From positions 132,707 to 196,706 of the forward strand of contig CAWJPE010000014.1 of NCBI GenBank assembly GCA_963844605.1: DNA of 64,000 bases, in the 5' to 3' direction. This DNA is from an uncultured Acidobacteriota bacterium. Its GTDB lineage: Bacteria; Acidobacteriota; Terriglobia; Terriglobales; Acidobacteriaceae. A program made the position numbers and the translations under genes. The stretch's first letter is position 1. The number at the start of each line of letters is the position of its first letter. Below are positions 18,060 through 26,957 of the stretch, piece after piece. Below the pieces are notes generated by a model. The model was not told where the DNA came from, did not search any database, and saw only the letters and a program-made list of their open reading frames with translations.

Positions 18060-19805
18060 CTACTGGCTCGCGGAAACAGCGTACACGACCAGGTTCTGAG
18101 CAGGATACGTGAAAAGGGGCTCGTATGTCCTTCCCTGGAGCAAAGGGCGTAACTGGTCGATGTAGGATTCGCGCACCACAAGGATGTGCTGCTGTTGTGG
18201 AACCCCATCCTTCTCATAATTTACAACACGGCTGTTGCGATAGAAGGAAAGGCCGTATTCGAGATCGCGGCGAACCTGAAAAACGGCCACCGTTCCATCG
18301 GGAGGCGTGATCCGTGCCAGGATCTGGGCCAGGGGGCGGGCCGAGTAGGTGAGATCGATGAGAGCGATGTTGCGCTTGGTGTTTGCAAAGGCGTGAATGC
18401 CAAAAAAAGGGCCGATCCCGAAGAGGAACAGCAGCATGATGACCATGGGGGCCATGGTGGCGATGCGCAAACGCTTTAAGCCGAAGCGGTAGACGGTAAT
18501 CAGAATGAAGATCGCGGAGGCAAATCCGGTCATGCCTCCAGCGAGCATCGCATTGAAAGGCGGCATAGCCTCCGGACGCTGGAGATGCAGGGGCAGGAGA
18601 ACGACGAATGCTGTCAGTACCCCAGTAAGCAGAGCATGAGTGATAAGCAGCCACGGTTTCAACCCGCGCTCCCGCATGCGGTTGAGGTAATCGCCGGTGA
18701 GGATGGTAAGCGGCGGGATTGAGGGAAGAATGTAGCCGGGAAGTTTGGACTCGGAGAGCGAAAAAAAGATGATGGGGACGAGCGCCCAGAGGACGAGAAA
18801 CTCCGGAAAGGCGTCGCCCGCGCGAAAATTTCCCATGTAGTGGTATTTGGCGCGACGGGCCTTCCATTCGGCGATGGATTGACGGACAGCGTCGATAAAG
18901 GCGGCTATAGCGATGACGGCCCAGGGGGTAAGCGCCAGAAGAACGATGGGGAAATAGAACCAGAACTCCTGTTCGTGCTGGAAACGGCTGGTGGCGAAGC
19001 GCTCGAGGTTGTGTTCCAGGAAAAAGATCTTCAGAAAATTGGGGTTGCGGTGTTGCACGGCGATAAACCAGGGCAGCACCATGGCGAGATAAAGGGCAAG
19101 TCCAGGCCACCAGATGGTACGGCGCAGGATAGCCCACTCTCTTCGCAGGGCGGCAAAGGCCACAATGATAACAATCGCCAGAAAGGGCGCCACCGGGCCC
19201 TTGGCTAGGGTTGCCGCTCCAACAAAGAAGTATAGATCGAAGAGCCAGAACTTGCTGTCGGTTTCATACCAGGCATACCAGCCCAGCATGCCGATGCAGA
19301 AGGGGGCGGCAAGCTGCATGTCCGTGGATGCTCCGCGGGCGAAGGCGATGATACCGGCGCAGGATGCGGTGATGAGTGCGGCGTCAAGCTGGCCTCCGCG
19401 ACGGAAGCGGCGAATGTGCAGGTAGATGAGCGTGACGAGGATGAAGGCAAAGCTGGCCGAGGGTAGGCGCGCAGACCAGTCGTGGACGCCGAACTCGCGG
19501 AAGGAGAACATGGCCCGCCAGTAATAGAGGGCGGGCTTTTCCAGCCATGGCTTGCTCCACAAAATGGGCGTGATGTAGTCGCGACGGGCGAGCATTTCCC
19601 GCGCGACTTGTGCATAGCGAGGCTCATCCGCGCCTACCAGGCCGATCCCCGGCCCTCCGAAGATGGGAATCAGTCCATAAAAAAGGAAAAACGCTGTGAG
19701 AACGAACAGCGTTGTCGCTTCGAGCATCGTTCCGAGGATAGGGAAGCGCACGAGCAAACTCGTGGGACCATCGGACAATGCTTTGATTCTGGGAGGAATG
19801 CCCAC
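18060..19805 (-). CDS. GT39/GT83 (ArnT / PMT_2-like) membrane glycosyltransferase
   Basis: 581 aa, polytopic. N-terminal loop motif DEPRYAQVAREMLARRDYITPILWSKPWLEKPALYYW is typical of ArnT/PMT-family enzymes. Confidence 0.8.
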   Translation of the reverse strand: MGIPPRIKALSDGPTSLLVRFPILGTMLEATTLFVLTAFFLFYGLIPIFGGPGIGLVGADEPRYAQVAREMLARRDYITPILWSKPWLEKPALYYWRAMFSFREFGVHDWSARLPSASFAFILVTLIYLHIRRFRRGGQLDAALITASCAGIIAFARGASTDMQLAAPFCIGMLGWYAWYETDSKFWLFDLYFFVGAATLAKGPVAPFLAIVIIVAFAALRREWAILRRTIWWPGLALYLAMVLPWFIAVQHRNPNFLKIFFLEHNLERFATSRFQHEQEFWFYFPIVLLALTPWAVIAIAAFIDAVRQSIAEWKARRAKYHYMGNFRAGDAFPEFLVLWALVPIIFFSLSESKLPGYILPSIPPLTILTGDYLNRMRERGLKPWLLITHALLTGVLTAFVVLLPLHLQRPEAMPPFNAMLAGGMTGFASAIFILITVYRFGLKRLRIATMAPMVIMLLFLFGIGPFFGIHAFANTKRNIALIDLTYSARPLAQILARITPPDGTVAVFQVRRDLEYGLSFYRNSRVVNYEKDGVPQQQHILVVRESYIDQLRPLLQGRTYEPLFTYPAQNLVVYAVSASQ

Positions 19806-19907
19806 AGTTTATCAGGAAGTTCCGGGACAAGGCTAACAGATCGAGCACGGAAAATCGCAAAGGCGCCCGCTCGTGTCGTCAGAATTCGGACGTAGATGCA
19901 GGATGCA

Positions 19908-20909
19908 TCAGGCAAATTCGTGCAGGGAGCTCTGCAGGCATTCGCGGAGATGGTCGAGGATATGATCTGCCGCGGCGGGCAGGGGGCCATCAATCGTGCA
20001 GCCGCTGGCGTGCAGATGTCCTCCTCCGCCAAAGCGCTCGGCAATGCGCGCAACATTAAGTTCTCCCTTGCTTCGTATAGAGAGCCTGACGCGATGGTTG
20101 GGAAGCTCGCGCAGGAATACGGCGACCTGGACACCCGCGATGCCGATGGCGTAGTTCACAAGGCCCTCGCAGTCTTCCTCAGCCGCGCGGGTGCGCTCCA
20201 TATCGTCATGCGAGACCCACATCCAGGCGAGACGGCCTTCGCGGTGCAGGTTGGAAAGGGCTGCGCCGAGCAGCAGCATCTTGGATGTAGGGTTCGAGAA
20301 ATAGGTGTGTTGAGCAATGAGCGTGGGATTGGCGCCATGACGCACCAGGTCGCTGGCCAGATCGAACGTATGCGCATCGGTGCCTGCGTAGCAGAATGAA
20401 CCAGTGTCGGTCAGCACGGCGGTGTAGAGGCAGGTGGCCATGTCAGGTGTGATGTCCACACCGGCGAGGATGGCCAGGTCGTAGACCATCTCGGCGACAG
20501 CGCACGAGCCGGTATCAATCCAGTTGACGCTGCCGAAAGCGCGGCCGCTGGCATGGTGATCGATGTTGACGATCACGCGGCCTTCGAGCCCCTTCAGGCG
20601 CGAGCGCTCGATGCTGTCGCATTCGAGCAGGATCACGGCGTCATAGCTGCCTTCGACGCGCGTGACGTGGCGAATTGCACTGGAGCAGGGAAGTCCCTGG
20701 TAGATGAGCGGAACGCGGTCGCAGGAGATCAAGTCTACCTGCTTGCCGAGCTGGTCGAGAATCATGCCGCAAGCCAGGATCGACCCAACCGCGTCGCCGT
20801 CGGGTCGGGCGTGCGCGGAAACCAGAAAGCGCTCGCCGCGCTCGATGGCATGCAGAACAGCATGGATGTCGTCACGTCGCTGCATAGATAATTCGCCGGG
20901 TCCGTTCAC
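19908..20909 (-). CDS. nrnA: DHH-family phosphoesterase (NrnA-like oligoribonuclease/pAp phosphatase)
   Basis: HARPDGDAVGS, NIDHHAS (DHH) and the DHHA1 GGGH motif (FGGGGHLHASG). 4-nt overlap with rbfA. Confidence 0.85.
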   Translation of the reverse strand: MNGPGELSMQRRDDIHAVLHAIERGERFLVSAHARPDGDAVGSILACGMILDQLGKQVDLISCDRVPLIYQGLPCSSAIRHVTRVEGSYDAVILLECDSIERSRLKGLEGRVIVNIDHHASGRAFGSVNWIDTGSCAVAEMVYDLAILAGVDITPDMATCLYTAVLTDTGSFCYAGTDAHTFDLASDLVRHGANPTLIAQHTYFSNPTSKMLLLGAALSNLHREGRLAWMWVSHDDMERTRAAEEDCEGLVNYAIGIAGVQVAVFLRELPNHRVRLSIRSKGELNVARIAERFGGGGHLHASGCTIDGPLPAAADHILDHLRECLQSSLHEFA

Positions 20910-21295
20910 TGGCCCTGGCTGTTGGGGACGTCCTTCTGCCGATTGCGCTTTCGGCCAAGCAGTTCGTCAATGCGCGCCTTCATCTTGTCGGAGCGATCGA
21001 TGTGAAAGGTGAGATCGGGGACGCGGCGCGTTCCCAGTCGCTCAAGCAGAGTGTGTCGAATGTGCCCGCGTGCGGCCATAAGTCCTTCGATGGTCTGCGC
21101 CTCTTCCTCCGGGCCGCCGTCGACTGCGACGTAGATGAGCCCGGATTTGCCACCCGGATTCAGAACAACCTGGGTTACATATGCAAAACTGATCCGCGGA
21201 TCGGAGAGTTCACCCTCGATCATCGCGCCGATTTCTTCACGCAGGGTTTCGGCAACCCGGTCTCTGTGGTATTGACGTGCCCTTGGCTCCGGCAT
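20906..21295 (-). CDS. rbfA: Ribosome-binding factor A
   Basis: RVAETLREEIGAMIEGELSDPRI...AYVTQVVLNPGGKSGLIYV matches the RbfA KH-like pattern. The position downstream of infB fits. Confidence 0.9.
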   Translation of the reverse strand: MPEPRARQYHRDRVAETLREEIGAMIEGELSDPRISFAYVTQVVLNPGGKSGLIYVAVDGGPEEEAQTIEGLMAARGHIRHTLLERLGTRRVPDLTFHIDRSDKMKARIDELLGRKRNRQKDVPNSQGQ

Positions 21296-21369
21296 CTTTT
21301 TGTCCTTTGGTTAAACGTTTGAGAATATCAGAAAGCAACCGGGGAGAGGATAGCTAAAAAGGGGCAGCG

Positions 21370-21675
21370 TTATGCGTCCAGGAATTCCCACCAGATATCG
21401 ACTGCCTGCGCGCCCAGATCGTTAGCGATGCGGTTGGTGGCGTCTTCCACCTGGCGCATGAGTCCCGCGAGATAGTCACGTGAGCCGGAGATTGCCGCAA
21501 CTCCGACAGTGGCTGATTGCCACGTGACTGCCTCATCCATTTCTGCGACGGAGATGTTGAAACCGTGGCCGAGCTTTTCTTTGAGGCTACGGACGACCTG
21601 GCGGCGGTCTTTGAGCGATTGCGCGTGCTCGATGCGCAGCTCAATAGTCATGCAGGCGACGGGCATGGTCCCCAT
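21370..21675 (-). CDS. DUF503 (YlxP-like) protein
   Basis: CMTIELRIEHAQSLKDRRQVVRSLKEKL...WQSATVGVAAISG matches the DUF503 pattern. This family classically sits between infB and rbfA. Confidence 0.8.
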   Translation of the reverse strand: MGTMPVACMTIELRIEHAQSLKDRRQVVRSLKEKLGHGFNISVAEMDEAVTWQSATVGVAAISGSRDYLAGLMRQVEDATNRIANDLGAQAVDIWWEFLDA

Positions 21676-21857
21676 CGTAGCCCCTTACCGGAACGGATAG
21701 GGGTCCGAGTATGGTTTTCGATGATTCTGGTAGAGATTACGAAGCGTGAGCCGGGGCGGAACACGAAATCAGCCTCAACAGCGTCCCGGCTCGTTGACTC
21801 AGGACAAACATCAAATGCTCTTATTTCGATTTCTCTTTCTTGCACGGGTCGGAGTGC

Positions 21858-22028
21858 TCAACATTCGGTCCCGAAAGACCCTCCTTGCAGTACCTCGCAG
21901 CCTTTTCTGCCACTGACAAAATCCCAACCTGGCACCTGTAGTTCGCACTGTTCGCGGTCCTGGCAGTCCACCAATATGTAGGGACGGCCCTCGTTGTCTA
22001 TCCTTGAATACTTGCAGCAGACTGACAT
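21858..22028 (-). CDS. 56-aa cysteine-rich small protein (hypothetical)
   Basis: MSVCCKYSRIDNEGRPYILVDCQDREQCELQVPGWDFVSGRKGCEVLQGGSFGTEC has 6 Cys. AAGGAG lies 9 nt upstream of this internal ATG (22028), whereas the track start at 22109 has no such site. Confidence 0.45.
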   Translation of the reverse strand: MSVCCKYSRIDNEGRPYILVDCQDREQCELQVPGWDFVSGRKGCEVLQGGSFGTEC

Positions 22029-22196
22029 TTCTTTGATCTCCTTTTTTGCGTTTGAGATACTCGCAGACGAGTGCCCATAGGGAAGCGTGGCAGCTCCTGT
22101 TTTGTTCACCTGTTGTGGGCGAATATCTGCGGGGATAGTGGTATCCGCTTAGGGAACGTTTCAAATGCGATCGGATTTCGGTAAGGCGGGAAACGC

Positions 22197-22994
22197 TTAG
22201 CGCTGAATTTGAATGCCGGCCCCTGCGACCACGATGAAGAACAGCGCGAGCACGATCGCGATTGTGATCCAGGCATAGCTTCGCTGAACGGGCTGGTTGT
22301 TCGAGCCGGGTACGGTTGATTTCGGAACGTAATAGATAAGAAAAAGCAGCGCGCAGTTCGCTCCGGCGGTGGCCGGAAGAGCCGACTCGAACACCAGTGG
22401 GAGGCCGAGCGGATTTCGTAGTCCGGCAATGACTTCGATGATGACCGCAGCAAAATAAGCCGTCCACATCAGCCTGCGAAAGCGCGCGTGATCGGTGCGC
22501 GGGACGCCGAGATATCGCACCAGGCTTGCCGCGATCACCCGCATCGCTTCGAAGTAGGCCGCCATGCCGCCAAGGATGAGGAGCATACGCAACAGCCAAT
22601 AGGGATGCATGCCGGCGATGACCTGGGCCCAATCGCCGAAGTTGGTGACGCCGGAAAAGAAGAAGTATCCAGTGCCCGTGAAGAGATTGAAGGCGCCTGC
22701 GATCAGGAGAAAGAAACGCGTCGCGGCGGACGCGTTGCGTGCGCTCTTGAGTGCAAACAAGAAAATGACCCCGGCCGCGAGATTGACGAGCGTGCCTCCC
22801 GCAGCGACCAGCCGCGAATCGTAGACGCTCGACCAGGCGACGGTGGAGAGTGTGCCCGAGGTTGCTCCGGTGAGAAGCGCCAACGCGCAGTGGCCCAGGC
22901 CCTCATGCAGCATCGTCCCGATCATCGACGCGACCACACTGATGGCGCAGATGGTGGGAATGTCGTCTTTTGTTGAATCCGCGACGTTCGTCAT
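22197..22994 (-). CDS. Polytopic membrane protein with an HEGLGH motif (Peptidase_M50B-like, degenerate)
   Basis: 265 aa with about 7 TM helices. TM1 carries MLHEGLGHCALALLTGA, which resembles the M50B HExGH helix but has one extra residue (HExxxH). Confidence 0.6.
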   Translation of the reverse strand: MTNVADSTKDDIPTICAISVVASMIGTMLHEGLGHCALALLTGATSGTLSTVAWSSVYDSRLVAAGGTLVNLAAGVIFLFALKSARNASAATRFFLLIAGAFNLFTGTGYFFFSGVTNFGDWAQVIAGMHPYWLLRMLLILGGMAAYFEAMRVIAASLVRYLGVPRTDHARFRRLMWTAYFAAVIIEVIAGLRNPLGLPLVFESALPATAGANCALLFLIYYVPKSTVPGSNNQPVQRSYAWITIAIVLALFFIVVAGAGIQIQR

Positions 22995-23063
22995 ACCGAG
23001 TTCATCGTCGGCGATGATAGGCGCAGACGCAAGTGAGAAATGTTATGCCGCGACGATCACGGG

Positions 23064-23561
23064 TTAGTTCTCTGGAAATCGATTTTCGTAGATTCGCCCG
23101 GTGCGACTCTCAGAGGCCTTCCGAATAGCGTCTACATCCGCGATGTCCTGGGGTCTTGACGACGCAAGTTTCGCAGTCATCAGATCATCAGCGGAAATAA
23201 AGTTCGCTTTGAGGCCGGTCGCGGCGTCGATCACACTCTCAACCCGTCGTTCCCACGCCGCATCAAAATCGATGCCCTGGATGTCGGGAAGAATGTCGAT
23301 GCCATACGGGTCGTTTCCAAAGCGAAAGAAACTACTGTGATCTGCAAAGTCTTCCGGGCGAATATCCTGGAGCGGTGCGCCAAAGTCTTCTAGCGCCGCA
23401 TGTACAGCTCGCGCATTCGCGGCGTCCCTTTTTATGAAAAGGTCGATGTCCTTGGTAAAGCGGGGCTGTGCGTGAAAAATGACGGCGTAGCCGCCCACAA
23501 TGAGATACTTAACCCCATGGGCATGGAATGCGGACAAAAGGTCTTTGTAGTCTTGGTACAT
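23064..23561 (-). CDS. Minimal nucleotidyltransferase-fold protein (AbiEii/DUF6036-like)
   Basis: LLSAFHAHGVKYLIVGGYAVIFHAQPRFTKDIDLFI shows the hGGxA...R.TxDIDh pol-beta-type NTase signature seen in AbiEii-like toxins. Confidence 0.75.
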   Translation of the reverse strand: MYQDYKDLLSAFHAHGVKYLIVGGYAVIFHAQPRFTKDIDLFIKRDAANARAVHAALEDFGAPLQDIRPEDFADHSSFFRFGNDPYGIDILPDIQGIDFDAAWERRVESVIDAATGLKANFISADDLMTAKLASSRPQDIADVDAIRKASESRTGRIYENRFPEN

Positions 23562-23715
23562 CCGGCCCCATCTTCCAGCCTTTAAGTGCGTACGCCGCCT
23601 GGATCATTTCCTCAACCGCGTCCATCCGCTCGTACGCAGGCCGACTCTGCCAATAGCGGTATTCGTCGGCCTTCATCTCGTCAAAGCTGGTGTATTTGCG
23701 GATGGTCTTGTTCAT
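23509..23715 (-). CDS. 68-aa partner protein of the nucleotidyltransferase (putative antitoxin-like; hypothetical)
   Basis: MNKTIRKYTSFDEMKADEYRYWQSRPAYERMDAVEEMIQAAY. It starts 15 nt after the infB stop and overlaps the NTase gene by 53 nt. Confidence 0.55.
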   Translation of the reverse strand: MNKTIRKYTSFDEMKADEYRYWQSRPAYERMDAVEEMIQAAYALKGWKMGPDVPRLQRPFVRIPCPWG

Positions 23716-23730
23716 TGGTTGCGCCGGTTC

Positions 23731-26700
23731 CTAGCTTGTTGTCAACTCCGCCGCAATCTTCTCGGTGACAAATGCTTCGATGGTGTCCCCCACCTGAATG
23801 TCGTTGAAGTTGGAGATACCCACACCGCATTCCATGCCGCTGGTGACCTCGCGAGCGTCGTCCTTGAAGCGCTTGAGCGAGGTGAGCTTGCCCTTGTAGA
23901 CCTGTTCGCCGTCGCGCATGAGGCGTACTTCGGCGTCGCGCTTGAGCACGCCGTCGCTCACACGGCAACCGGCGATGGTGCCCACCTTCGGAATTCTGAA
24001 GACGTTGAGAACTTCCGCGCGTCCCAGATAGCTCTCCTTGAAGACAGGATCGAGCAGTCCGAGCATAGCTTTGCGAATCTCGTCCTGAAGCTCGTAAATG
24101 ATCGAGTGCAGGCGAATCTCAACACCTTCCTGCTCGGCGAGTTCGGCGGTCTTGCGTTCAGGCCGCACATTAAAGCCGATGATGATGGCGTTCGATGCCG
24201 AGGCCAGAAGCACGTCGCTTTCGGTGATGGCGCCTGCGCCAGAGTGGATCACCTTGATACGCACCTGATCGGTGGACATCTTCTGAAGCGAATCGGCGAG
24301 GACCTGGACCGATCCCTGCACATCGCCCTTGAGGATCAGGGGCAAATCCTTGACACCGGCCTGTTTGATCTGTTCTGCCAGGCCTTCGAGCGAGACGCGA
24401 GAGCTCTTGGCGAGCTGCGCCTCGCGTTCCTTCATCTTGCGGTAGGTCGCAATGTTCTTGGCCTTGTCGCGATCAGCGACGACGAGGAAGGTGTCCCCGG
24501 CGTCGGGAATGCTCTCAAGACCCAGAATTTCGACCGGTGTGGACGGGCCAGCCTCCTGGATCGCGCGTCCGCGATCGTCGAACATGGCGCGGATCTTACC
24601 GAAGGTGTTGCCCATGATGAAGCTGTCCTGATTGCGCAGCGTTCCGTTCTGCACCAGCACAGAGGCGACAGCGCCACGTCCGCGATCGAGCTTGGCTTCG
24701 ATCACCGTACCGACGGCGGAGCGTCCTGGCGTGGCCTTGAGATCGCCAAGATCGGCGACCAGGCAGATCATTTCGAGCAACAAATCGAGGTTCTGCTTCT
24801 TCTTCGCAGAGACATCGACGAACACCGTCGACCCGCCCCAGGCTTCGGGGACAAGGCCGCGGTCGCCCAGTTGCTGCTTTACCCGATCCGGCTGCGCATC
24901 GGGCTTATCGATCTTGTTCACGGCGACGATGATCGGTACGTTGGCTGCCTTGGCGTGGTCGATGGCTTCGAGAGTCTGAGGCATCACGCCATCATCGGCG
25001 GCAACCACGACTACGACGATGTCGGTCACCTTGGCCCCGCGTGCACGCATGCGCGTGAAGGCTTCGTGACCAGGCGTATCGAGGAAGACAATTTCGCGAC
25101 CAAAGGCGGGCGAGTCTGCCTTGCTGATTCGCACCTTGTACGCGCCGATATGCTGGGTTATGCCACCAGCTTCGCCACTCGCAACGTCGGTCTCGCGGAT
25201 GGCGTCGAGCAGCGACGTCTTGCCATGATCGACGTGGCCCATGACCGTGACAACCGGCGGACGCGGAACTTCGTGCTCGTCGGGATTCTCCTGCGAGAGA
25301 ATGTTTTCGATGGCTTCGTTAGCCATCTGATCCTCAAAGGTGATGACCTCGGTGTCGGCGCCGAACTGGCGCGCGACATCCTTGACGAGTTCGCCATCGA
25401 GCGACTGGTTGACTGTGACGAAGACGCCGCGCAACAGCAGCACCGCAATCAGATCCTTGCCGCGGACTCCGAGCTTCTCAGCAAGATCCTTGACGCTGAT
25501 TCCTTCCGTCACCGTGATCGTGCGGGTGATGGGCAACGGCTCCGAGGGAACCTGGGCCCCACCGAAACGCGACGGCGGAGCGAAGCCCTTCATCGGGCCT
25601 TCTTTGGACTTGGGGTACTGCTGGCGGCCACGGCGCGCGTGTCCACCTGCAGCACGCTGCGGACGCGGCGCTTCGCCCGGAGGCGGTACCAGGCCTGGAG
25701 CTCCGCCGGGTCCGGGACGCTGGCCAAATCCGGGGCGAGGACCCATGCCGGGGCGCTGGCCGAAGCCGGGGCGTGCGCCGGGTGCTCCGCCAGCAGGCGC
25801 GCTGCGGGTCGGGTGCATAGGACGGCGTGCGCCGGGGGCTCCCGGAGCTCCGCCGGGTGCTCCACCCATGCCGGGGCGCTGGCCGGGGCCACCGCCAGGA
25901 CGGCGATCGAAAATCGGCCGACCGCGTTGAATGCCTGCGGGTCCGGTTGCGCCCTGTGGCGCGATTGGAACGGGCGGGGCAGGCGGGGCGATTGGCGCGG
26001 TATAGACCGGACGCGGGCCGGTTTGCGGCATGATCACACGGCGCGGCGCGGGTGCGGCTTCTACTGGGGCAGCAGCGACAGGCTGAGCAGCGACAGGTGC
26101 AGAAACCGGAGCGGCCGCGGTCGGAGCTGGAGGCGTGGTGACCGGTGGCTTCGCAACCGGCGGCGCTGCGACAACTACATCGCGCGGGACGGAGGTTTGC
26201 GTTGCTCCATGTGGGGCACCGGCAGCGCTGACAGCGCCAACCGGAGGCTTTGCCACTACAGGGCCGGCGGGCGGTTTTGCTGCAATGGCCGGTGTTTGCG
26301 GCGGAGGCGCAACGATCGGAGCAGCCTGACGCGGCTGGGGCATAATTCTGCGTGGAGCCGGCTGAGCCGCAATCGGTGGCGCCGGCGTGACTTGTGCCGG
26401 GCGCTCTCCGGCTGGAGCCTGTGCCGTCGCTACAGGAGAAGTCGCAACCGGAGCCGCCGGCTTGGTGACAGCAACCGGTTGCGCGGGTGTGACCACCGGA
26501 GCAGCGGGACGCGGCGGAGGTGCGGCAGCTTCTTCCTTCTTTTGCTGGATCGCCTTGATCACGTCGCCGGGCTTTGAAACGCGCGACCAGTCGATCTTCG
26601 GTTTGGGGGAAGCGGCCTCGACGCGCTGACTGCTGGCTGCGCCACTCTTGCCGCGTTGGAAGTGAGCGCGCACACGCTCGGCTTCGTCGAGCTCTAGCGA

Positions 26701-26811
26701 ACTGGAGTGCGTCTTTTTCTCGGTGACGCCGACAATATCTAAAACATCCAGAATAGCCCTGCTCTTCACTTCCAGTTCACGTGCTAAATCGTTGATTCGA
26801 ACTTTACTCAT
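23731..26811 (-). CDS. infB: Translation initiation factor IF-2
   Basis: G domain [12 protein letters not shown] / DTPGHEAF / NKIDK. N-terminal [17 protein letters not shown]. Long Pro/Ala/Gly-rich linker. C-terminal IF-2 domains. Confidence 0.98.
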   Translation of the reverse strand: MSKVRINDLARELEVKSRAILDVLDIVGVTEKKTHSSSLELDEAERVRAHFQRGKSGAASSQRVEAASPKPKIDWSRVSKPGDVIKAIQQKKEEAAAPPPRPAAPVVTPAQPVAVTKPAAPVATSPVATAQAPAGERPAQVTPAPPIAAQPAPRRIMPQPRQAAPIVAPPPQTPAIAAKPPAGPVVAKPPVGAVSAAGAPHGATQTSVPRDVVVAAPPVAKPPVTTPPAPTAAAPVSAPVAAQPVAAAPVEAAPAPRRVIMPQTGPRPVYTAPIAPPAPPVPIAPQGATGPAGIQRGRPIFDRRPGGGPGQRPGMGGAPGGAPGAPGARRPMHPTRSAPAGGAPGARPGFGQRPGMGPRPGFGQRPGPGGAPGLVPPPGEAPRPQRAAGGHARRGRQQYPKSKEGPMKGFAPPSRFGGAQVPSEPLPITRTITVTEGISVKDLAEKLGVRGKDLIAVLLLRGVFVTVNQSLDGELVKDVARQFGADTEVITFEDQMANEAIENILSQENPDEHEVPRPPVVTVMGHVDHGKTSLLDAIRETDVASGEAGGITQHIGAYKVRISKADSPAFGREIVFLDTPGHEAFTRMRARGAKVTDIVVVVVAADDGVMPQTLEAIDHAKAANVPIIVAVNKIDKPDAQPDRVKQQLGDRGLVPEAWGGSTVFVDVSAKKKQNLDLLLEMICLVADLGDLKATPGRSAVGTVIEAKLDRGRGAVASVLVQNGTLRNQDSFIMGNTFGKIRAMFDDRGRAIQEAGPSTPVEILGLESIPDAGDTFLVVADRDKAKNIATYRKMKEREAQLAKSSRVSLEGLAEQIKQAGVKDLPLILKGDVQGSVQVLADSLQKMSTDQVRIKVIHSGAGAITESDVLLASASNAIIIGFNVRPERKTAELAEQEGVEIRLHSIIYELQDEIRKAMLGLLDPVFKESYLGRAEVLNVFRIPKVGTIAGCRVSDGVLKRDAEVRLMRDGEQVYKGKLTSLKRFKDDAREVTSGMECGVGISNFNDIQVGDTIEAFVTEKIAAELTTS

Positions 26812-26957
26812 CCGCCCCTTTTATACTTGCTCCCACGGCCTCTAGCTGTACATGGCAACCTCTTGGCAGTGGGTCGTGAAGCTATTTCTATTATGGCCCG
26901 AAATGGCACGATTTGCGCTGCTCATCTGGGGCCGATGTATGGGAGAACGGCGCATGA

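Noticed and set aside
21811-22632. 273-aa minus-strand ORF spanning the membrane-protein gene and the Cys-rich peptide region
   Set aside because: It is out of frame with the hydrophobic 265-aa membrane protein. It is extremely Arg/Ser/His-rich and has no start context.
23719-26577. 952-aa ORF on the + strand
   Set aside because: It is fully antisense to infB, whose G-domain motifs are unambiguous. The product is Arg/Gly/Ala/Cys-rich low complexity with no motifs. This is a typical shadow ORF of high-GC coding DNA.
25500-26600. Repetitive Pro/Ala/Gly-rich coding repeats in infB (possible tandem-repeat feature)
   Set aside because: This is the usual low-complexity N-terminal linker of IF-2 in high-GC bacteria. 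I saw no exact nucleotide tandem units, so it is not a separate element.
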